NCBI GenBank assembly: GCA_964016885.1
Contig: CAXHJY010000011.1
Location: 94,312-158,311, forward strand
Direction: 5' to 3'
DNA from: Eledone cirrhosa
Taxonomy: Eukaryota
DNA: 64,000 bases
Below the pieces are notes generated by a model. That model ran no database searches. It saw only the letters and a program-made list of their open reading frames with translations, and was not told the origin of the DNA. The translations under genes and the position numbers were made by a program. Positions 51,046 through 64,000 of the stretch are shown here, piece by piece (the first letter of the stretch is position 1; the number at the start of each line of letters is the position of its first letter).

Positions 51046-54000
51046 CCCAATTCAATGATGTTCCAGAACAATGTAAACGAGATAATTGCCAATTTGGGTT
51101 CTGGAACAAAAAAGATCATTGGCAATAAGGGCAGGGGCCCCAAGTTATCACAACCTGGGCCCGCCCGTCATCGTGCCATTGTAATAGAGCCAAACAGGGC
51201 ATTTAGTCTTGGCTGCTGGAACGTACGGACGCTGCTTGACAGGGATTCTTTGGAGCGTCCTGAACGAAGGACCGCTCTTGTTGCGAAGGAGCTTCGACGT
51301 TACGATCTTGACATCGTGGCTTTGTCTGAGACGAGGTTAGCTGGAGATGGTCATCTTACGGAATTTTGTGGAGAATATACATTCTTCTGGAAAGGAAGAG
51401 ATGAAGGAACCAGAAGAGAGGCTGGGGTGGGATTTGCTGTTAAGACTGTACTGGTGAATAAATTGGAAGAATTCCCAGTGGGGATTAGTGAGCGTCTTAT
51501 GTCCATGAGAGTTCCGCTGGACAAGGGAAGATATGCTACCCTGGTGAGTGTGTATGCTCCAACTATGAATTCTGTCGATGAAGAAAAACTGTCCTTTTAC
51601 CATGCCTTGAAAGGTGTTTTAAGAAATATCCCTCAGGCAGACAAAGTCATCGTGCTTGGTGACTTTAATGCTAGAGTGGGTAGGGAGTTTAACACATGGA
51701 ATGTAATCGGAAGGCATGGGGTGGGAAAGTGTAACAGCAATGGTATGCTCTTGCTGCAGATGTGTGAGGAGCTGGATCTGTGTGTTACCAACACCATGTT
51801 CCAACAAAAGAACAAATTCAAGACCACATGGATGCATCCTGCATCTAAGGAATGGCATCTTTTGGACTACGTCCTAGTCAGGATGCGTGACAGACAGGAT
51901 GTGCGGTGTGTTCGTGTTCTTCGTGGAGCTGAGTGCTGGACGGACCACCGCCTGGTACGCGCAAAAGTGAATCTAATCACCAAACGTAAAATCCGGGCTC
52001 CTGGTGTTACCCTGCCCAAAAGATTGAATGCTGCTCGTCTTAAGGATAAAAATGTGAAGAGGACATTGGAAGAAGAGATGCAGGCTGCAGATCTTGGTGA
52101 GGATTGGCCGACCCTTAAAAAGTCGGTTTATGATGTAGGCAGACGTGTTCTGGGATTGGTGCAGAGAAAACATCAGGACTGGTTTAATGAGAAAGATGTG
52201 CATATAGATGACTTGTTGGCTGATAAGAGGCGCGCTCTGTCACGCTACTTGACGGCAAGACCACAGGAGAGGAATACGTTGCATGAGGAGCTCAGGGATG
52301 TAAAATCACGTGTTAGGCGGAGTCTTTCTCAGATGAAGGATCAGTGGTGGAGTGAGAAGGCTGGTGAGATACAAACTGCGTCTGATTGCAATAACACAAA
52401 GCTGTTGTACAGTCTCTTGCGTGAGGTTTATGGACCGTCTTCTTCTCTGGTGACACCGATTCGCAGCAAGGATGGCAAAGAACTTCTTCGTGACTCACAG
52501 GGAATTCTACGAAGGTGGCGGGAGCACTTTGATGATCTTTTGAATCAGCCGTCTGTCGTCAGTGAAGATTTCCTCAATCTCATTCCGGAAAGTCCTGTGA
52601 AAGTAGCTCTCGCAGAGCCTCCGACACTTGTGGAAGTTGCAGTGGCTATTTCGAAGCTGAACAGTGGAAGATCTCCAGGTATGGATGGCATACATGCTGA
52701 GCTCCTACAATATGGTGGTGAGAGACTCCTGCAACATCTTCACTCTCTGTTTGGAGGGATATGGGCTAATGAATCCGTGCCTGAGGACTGGAGAGATGCA
52801 GTAATGGTGGTCTTGTACAAGGGAAAGGGTAACAGGAATGATTGTGGGAACTACAGAGGTATATCATTGCTTTCTGTCGTGGGGAAAGTTTTATGTAGGG
52901 TGCTTCTGGACCGTCTGCTGACACACATTGCAGATTGTGTCCTTCCTGAAAGTCAATCTGGTTTTCGTGTTGGACGCGGCACTACTGATATGATCTTCTC
53001 AGCTAGACAGCTCCAGGAGAAGTGCATTGAACAGGGCTTGGATCTGTATCAGGTTTTTGTCGATCTGACAAAGGCTTTCGATACTGTCAACAGAGATGCA
53101 TTATGGAAGGTTCTCCAGAAACTTGGTTGCCCTGATAAGTTCCTTGCTTTAGTTAGGTCTTTCCATGACGACATGAAGGCTTGGGTTAATGTCGGAGGTA
53201 ACATGTCGGAGCCTATCTCAGTAAAAAATGGAGTGAAACAGGGGGATATTCCAGCACCGACCCTGTTTGCCATATACTTTGCAATGGTTTTCTGTATTGC
53301 ATTCAGGAATTGCGAGCATGGTGTTTACATCCGATATCGAACCTCAGGCAGCATATTTAACATCAGGCGCTTTGCTGCGAAGACAAAAGTATTTACATCA
53401 GTCATAAGAGACCTCTTGTATGCAGATGATTGCGATCTTGTAGCGCACACAGAGAGTGATATGCAGCACATTTTGAATGTATTTTCTGACGCTTGCACTG
53501 CCCTGGGTTTGACTGTCAGTCTCAAGAAAACCGTCGTCATGTACCAACCTGCACCTGGTAGGCAGTACACTGAACCAAACATCTATGTGTATGGCAGACG
53601 ACTTGGAGTGGTTGATCAGTTTGTCTACCTGGGAAGCACTGTCAATCGATACGGCAACCTTGACAGTGAAATCTCACTTAGGATTAGGAAAGCAAGTGAT
53701 GCTTTCGGAAAGCTAGAAAGGCGACTCTGGGGTCGGCGAGACATATGCAGGAGGACAAAGGTAAAGGTGTACAGGGCATGTGTACTCTCTTGTCTTCTTT
53801 ATGCCTGCGAGACCTGGGTCACATATCGACGCCACCTTAAGCAATTGGAGCGTTTCCATCAGATGTGTCTCAGACGGATACATGGCGTTCGCTGGAGGGA
53901 CCACATCAGTGATGTCGAGATTTTGGAAAGCTCTATGTGTGACAGTATGGAAGCTCTTGTGCTTAAGCAGCGACTCCGTTGGAGTGGTCACCTTGCCAGG

Positions 54001-54608
54001 ATGAAGGATTCTAGAATACCAAAACAACTCTTCTATGGAGAGTTGGTTAAAGGAAAACGACCGCCACATAAACCAAAAAAGAGGTATAAGGATTCCTTGA
54101 AGGCCTCTCTGAAAGACGCTAACATCTCTGCTGATACATGGGAAAATATTGCTGCTGATCGTAATAAATGGAGAAAGACTGTATATGAGGGAAAAGTTGC
54201 CTTTGAGGCATCTCGAATCGCACACGAGAAAGTAAAGCGGGACGTGAGGAAGGGTATTGCTGTTGCACTTCCAGACGGCGAGGGTCCTCCTATGTTTCTG
54301 ACATGCAGCGTCTGTGCGAGACTCTGCCTAAGCAAAGCTGGACTCGAAAGTCATCTTCGCAGTCATAAAGTAAGACCAGTGGTTGACTACCAGGCTGCTG
54401 TTGGAGATGCTACTCATCATGCTTGCCAAACATGTGGTAGAGAATGTAAATCAGCAGGAGGACTCAAGCGACATGCAAAAGTACACGAACTCCAACCACA
54501 GCCGACTATTCCCAGTAAATGTTTTGGTTGCCGACTCTGTGCAAGACATTTTGGATCATTGGCTGGGCTAAAAAGCCACATTCGATCGCAGCACTGTTAG
54601 TTGCTATC

Positions 54609-54646
<38 letters not shown>

Positions 54647-54725
54647 GCTTATGTGCGTGCGTGTGTGTGTATATATATATGAATATGTATATTATTATTG
54701 TTGTTGTCGTTATTATTATTATTGC

Positions 54726-54771
<46 letters not shown>

Positions 54772-54843
54772 TATTTTTTTTTTTTTTTTTTTTTTTTTTT
54801 ATTGTGCAATGGCCATACTCGATAACGAGGGGGCAGCCATCAT
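50410..54843 (+). mobile_element. Apparently full-length RTE-clade non-LTR retrotransposon
   Basis: 5' segments homologous to the inverted UTR at 54950-55235; RTE 5'UTR motif CTAGGAGAAGG...AACTCCGATATAAAACC; single intact ORF; terminal stem-loop TGGCCATACTCG-ATAA-CGAG...GCAGCCATCAT; both ends in TA microsatellite, so no TSD can be resolved. Confidence 0.9.
51055..54600 (+). CDS. LINE (RTE) polyprotein: APE endonuclease + reverse transcriptase + three C2H2 zinc fingers, 1181 aa
   Basis: EN motifs WNVRTL, ALSETR, SVYAPT, GDFNARVG, LDYVL, TDHRLV; RT motifs PGMDGI, NYRGISLL, QSGFR, FVDLTKAFD, GVKQG, LYADD, YLGS; C-x2-C-x12-H-x3/4-H at 54304-54366, 54424-54486 and 54529-54594; no stops or frameshifts. 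Confidence 0.97.
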   Translation: MMFQNNVNEIIANLGSGTKKIIGNKGRGPKLSQPGPARHRAIVIEPNRAFSLGCWNVRTLLDRDSLERPERRTALVAKELRRYDLDIVALSETRLAGDGHLTEFCGEYTFFWKGRDEGTRREAGVGFAVKTVLVNKLEEFPVGISERLMSMRVPLDKGRYATLVSVYAPTMNSVDEEKLSFYHALKGVLRNIPQADKVIVLGDFNARVGREFNTWNVIGRHGVGKCNSNGMLLLQMCEELDLCVTNTMFQQKNKFKTTWMHPASKEWHLLDYVLVRMRDRQDVRCVRVLRGAECWTDHRLVRAKVNLITKRKIRAPGVTLPKRLNAARLKDKNVKRTLEEEMQAADLGEDWPTLKKSVYDVGRRVLGLVQRKHQDWFNEKDVHIDDLLADKRRALSRYLTARPQERNTLHEELRDVKSRVRRSLSQMKDQWWSEKAGEIQTASDCNNTKLLYSLLREVYGPSSSLVTPIRSKDGKELLRDSQGILRRWREHFDDLLNQPSVVSEDFLNLIPESPVKVALAEPPTLVEVAVAISKLNSGRSPGMDGIHAELLQYGGERLLQHLHSLFGGIWANESVPEDWRDAVMVVLYKGKGNRNDCGNYRGISLLSVVGKVLCRVLLDRLLTHIADCVLPESQSGFRVGRGTTDMIFSARQLQEKCIEQGLDLYQVFVDLTKAFDTVNRDALWKVLQKLGCPDKFLALVRSFHDDMKAWVNVGGNMSEPISVKNGVKQGDIPAPTLFAIYFAMVFCIAFRNCEHGVYIRYRTSGSIFNIRRFAAKTKVFTSVIRDLLYADDCDLVAHTESDMQHILNVFSDACTALGLTVSLKKTVVMYQPAPGRQYTEPNIYVYGRRLGVVDQFVYLGSTVNRYGNLDSEISLRIRKASDAFGKLERRLWGRRDICRRTKVKVYRACVLSCLLYACETWVTYRRHLKQLERFHQMCLRRIHGVRWRDHISDVEILESSMCDSMEALVLKQRLRWSGHLARMKDSRIPKQLFYGELVKGKRPPHKPKKRYKDSLKASLKDANISADTWENIAADRNKWRKTVYEGKVAFEASRIAHEKVKRDVRKGIAVALPDGEGPPMFLTCSVCARLCLSKAGLESHLRSHKVRPVVDYQAAVGDATHHACQTCGRECKSAGGLKRHAKVHELQPQPTIPSKCFGCRLCARHFGSLAGLKSHIRSQHC

Positions 54844-54874
54844 GTATATATATGTATGTATATATATATGTATG

Positions 54875-54914
<40 letters not shown>

Positions 54915-54946
54915 TGTATGTATATATATATGTATGTATATATATT

Positions 54947-55541
54947 GGATACCATCAGGGTTGCAGGTGTTATATCAGAGTTTTCCTTCTCCTAGAATTC
55001 TGCCTTGACAAAGGCTAAGGGGTCATCTCTCCCGGTGATTTTGGATGGCTATTGACTCTTAAGAGCTCCTTTGCCCTTTGACAGGTTTTGTTTTTAGTCC
55101 TGCAGGATGTCCAAAGTCACCCTCCTCACCAAGAAACCTTGGTGGGGTTGCCAGTTTAGTCGCCAACGACCCGACCATGGGACAGGTTGTACTGGGATAC
55201 ATGTTACCAGTAGCACCAACTGATGTTGACTTGTTCTTCTTTTTGGTAAATATCATCTTGGTTAAGAGAGTGGGACTGGCTTTGTGCAGTGCCTTTGCTC
55301 ACTATAAAAGCTTCACGGCACAGGCATTGCTTTATATCTGGAGATCTCTCTGCACTTGTCGTCACATGGTACCATGGGCCAGCACTATGTGTCAGTAATT
55401 GTCACAAGTGTAGTGTTTGTACCAGAGTTTTCAAGTCGCTGGCTGGACTAAAAAGTCACACTCGTTCAGCGCATCGGTAGGGGTTCTCCTACATGGATAT
55501 AAAGTAGTGGCCGTACTCGAAAACGAGTTGGCAGCCACCAT
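54947..55541. mobile_element. Short non-autonomous RTE derivative: inverted 5'UTR-like part (-) plus last zinc finger and 3'UTR (+)
   Basis: Minus strand CACCGGGAGAGATGACCCCTTAGCC...TTCTAGGAGAAGGAAAACTCTGATATAACACCTGC aligns with 50713-50805; plus strand [23 protein letters not shown] and terminal hairpin. Confidence 0.8.
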
Positions 55542-60310
<4,769 letters not shown>

Positions 60311-60311
60311 T

Positions 60312-60778
60312 TTTCCTTCCTCCGTTGTGACCCGTCTGTTTCTTTCTTACTGCTTCCCCTTTCTCTGTATCTCTCACTTTCTTTTTACCCCCTCTGCCAG
60401 TCACTCTCTCAGTTAGCCTCTTCCTCACACTTTTACTCACTCACTCTCTGCTACTCCCTCTCCATCACTTCCTCCCGTTTCACCTGTGCGAAATTCTTTC
60501 CTCGCTCACAATTCAACCAGGTTGGATGGTCTTTTTTCTCTCGTCTCCGATTTCACAGAACTTATGTTCATCGATTTCAGGGACTTGACACCTTCTACCT
60601 CACTTTTCGTTGCATTACCATCTTTGTTTGTTTACTGTCCAGCTCGGTCCCCCTACTTACGTGTCCCAACGACTTTCTTTAGCTGTTGCTCGCACTAACC
60701 AGAGGTATATGATCTTTAGAGCGATAAAATACCAATGAAGGCTGGAAGATTACAGATGAAGGACTAATTTTATTCATA
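60312..60778 (+). mobile_element. Pyrimidine-rich pLTR-like repeat ending in a mutated hammerhead 5' half
   Basis: 3' part homologous to 41120-41212 and 12765-12816; CAGATGAAGGAC at 60753. Confidence 0.5.
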
Positions 60779-60799
60779 TATATATAGAGAGAGAGAGAG

Positions 60800-60965
60800 A
60801 ACAGGATTCACAATCATGAGGTTGTGAGTTCGATTCCTGGACCGGGAGATGTGTTATGCCCTTCAGCAAAACACTTTATTTCACGTTGTTCCTTCTACCT
60901 GGAGTTGCGACCGATTGATAGTATTAGCAATTGGAAAGACCAATGGAAACATTATTTCCTTGGTC
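60800..60965 (+). mobile_element. SINE family B variant
   Basis: GGATTCACAATCATGAGGTTGTGAGTTCGATTCCTGG; AAACACTTTATTTCAC. Confidence 0.8.
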
Positions 60966-60994
60966 CGATTTATCGAAAGTCAATCGACTGTCAT

Positions 60995-61001
60995 TATATA
61001 C

Positions 61002-61056
<55 letters not shown>

Positions 61057-61573
61057 TATGTAAGTATATGTGTATATATATATATATATGTAAGTATATA
61101 TATATATATATATATATATATGTAAGTATATATATATATATATGTAAGTATATATATATATATACATATATATATGTATATGTAAGTATATATATATATA
61201 TATATACATATGTATATGTATATATGTATATATATGTAAGTATATATATATATATACATATATATATGTATATGTAAGTATATATATATATATACATATA
61301 TATATGTATATGTATATATATGTAAGTATATATATATATATATGTAAGTATATATATATATACATATATATATGTATATGTATATATGTATATATATATA
61401 TATACATATATATATGTATATGTATATATGTATATATATATATATACATATATATATGTATATGTATATATGTATATATATACATATATATATGTATATG
61501 TATATATGTGTATATATATATATATACATATATATATGTATATGTATATATGTGTATATATATATATATACAT

Positions 61574-61657
<84 letters not shown>

Positions 61658-61831
61658 GTATATATATATACATATATATATATATATGTATATATATATA
61701 CATATATATATATATATGTATATATATATACATATATATATATATATGTATATATATATACATATATATATGTATATGTATATATCTATATATATATATG
61801 TATATGTATATGTATATATATATATATACAT

Positions 61832-61865
<34 letters not shown>

Positions 61866-61869
61866 ACAT

Positions 61870-61913
<44 letters not shown>

Positions 61914-62022
61914 GTATATATGTATATATATATATATATATACATATATATATGTATGTATATATGTATGTATGTATATATATATGTATGTATATATGTA
62001 TGTATGTATATATATATGTATG

Positions 62023-62058
<36 letters not shown>

Positions 62059-63005
62059 TGTATGTATATATATATGTATGTATATATATATGTATGTATA
62101 TATATATGTATGTATGTATATATGTATGTATATATGTATGTATATATATATGTATGTATATATATATGTATGTATATATATATGTATGTATGTATATATA
62201 TATGTATATATATATGTATGTATATATATATGTATGTATATATGTATGTATATATATATGTATGTATAGATATATGTATGTATATATATATGTATGTATG
62301 TATATATGTATGTATAGATATATGTATGTATATATGTATGTATGTATATATGTATGTATGTATGTATGTATATATGTATGTATGTATGTATGTATATATC
62401 TATATATATATATATCTATGTATATATATATCTATGTATATATATATATGTATATATATATCTATGTATATATATATCTATGTATATATATATCTATGTA
62501 TATATATATCTATGTATATATATATCTATGTATATATATATCTATGTATATATATATATATCTATGTATATATATATCTATGTATATATATATATATCTA
62601 TGTATATATATATATCTATGTATATATATATCTATGTATATATATATCTATGTATATATATATATATCTATGTATATATATATCTATGTATATATATATA
62701 TCTATGTATATATATATATCTATGTATATATATATCTATGTATATATATCTATGTATATATATATCTATGTATATATATATATATCTATGTATATATATA
62801 TATCTATGTATTATATATATCTATGTATATATATATCTATGTATGTATGTATGCATGTATATGTATGTATGTATGTATATATATATATCTATGTATGTAT
62901 ATATGTATGTATATATATATCTATGTATGTATATATATATGTATGTATGTATATATATATATGTATGTATATATATATGTATGTATGTATATATATATAT
63001 GTATG

Positions 63006-63036
<31 letters not shown>

Positions 63037-63041
63037 GTATG

Positions 63042-63072
<31 letters not shown>

Positions 63073-63798
63073 GTATGTATATATATATATATGTATGTAT
63101 ATATATATATATGTATGTATATATATATATATGTATGTATATATATATATATATGTATGTATATATATATATATGTATGTATATATATATATATGTATGT
63201 ATATATATATATATGTATGTATATATATATATATGTATGTATATATATATATATGTATGTATATATATATATATGTATGTATATATATATATATGTATGT
63301 ATATATATATATATGTATGTATATATATATATGTATGTATATATATATATATGATATATATATATGTATGTATATATATATATGTATGTATATATATATA
63401 TGTATGTATGTATATATATATGTATGTATGTATATATATATGTATGTATGTATATATATATATATATGTATGTATATATATATATATGTATGTATATATA
63501 TATATATATGTATGTATATATATATATATATGTATGTATATATATATATATATGTATGTATATATATATATATATGTATGTATATATATATATATATATG
63601 TATGTATATATATATATGTATGTATATATATATATATGTATGTATATATATATATATGTATGCATGTATATATATATATATGTATGCATGTATATATATA
63701 TATACATATATATGTATGTATATATATATACATATATATGTATGTATATATATATACATATATATGTATGTATGTATGTATGTATATACATGCATATA

Positions 63799-63831
<33 letters not shown>

Positions 63832-63910
63832 ATATAAATATATGTGTGTATGTATGTATGTATGTATGTGTGTATATATATATATGCAAATATATATATA
63901 TATATGTGTG

Positions 63911-63945
<35 letters not shown>
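60995..63945. repeat. (TA)n array with TAAG, CATA, TATG and TCTATG sub-domains
   Basis: Direct inspection. Confidence 0.97.
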
Positions 63946-63946
<1 letters not shown>

Positions 63947-64000
63947 TAGATAATGAGAGACAGGAGAATGAGTGAGTGATAGAAGATAATGGGGTGAGGT

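Noticed and set aside
55150-55285. HDV-like ribozyme in the inverted RTE UTR (GCCAGU ... CUAA-ACUGGC)
   Set aside because: P2-like pairing only; no P3/L3 or P1 could be built

Overview
Eukaryotic, extremely AT-rich window, mostly degenerate (TA)n/(TATG)n microsatellite. The SINE sequences and repeat density suggest a cephalopod (octopus-like) genome, which is an inference. Nearly all ORFs in the track ([17 protein letters not shown]) are simple-repeat artefacts. The only intact protein-coding unit is an apparently full-length RTE-clade LINE (about 50410-54843; ORF 51055-54600) encoding an APE endonuclease, a reverse transcriptase and three tandem C-terminal C2H2 fingers. It is embedded in (TA)n. 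Directly downstream lies a short related element made of an inverted 5'-UTR and a zinc-finger/3' end, and another copy of that 3' end sits 22 kb upstream. The small unique islands between microsatellites carry many minimal type-I hammerhead ribozyme motifs: five with a complete core from three sequence families, plus halves truncated by (TA)n. They also carry a Penelope-like GIY-YIG remnant, two long fold-back palindromes, many tRNA-derived SINEs, TIR/MITE elements and a truncated Rex3/Expander-like RTE with a TSD. No host gene could be confidently identified; there are only promoter-like islands and speculative micro-exons.
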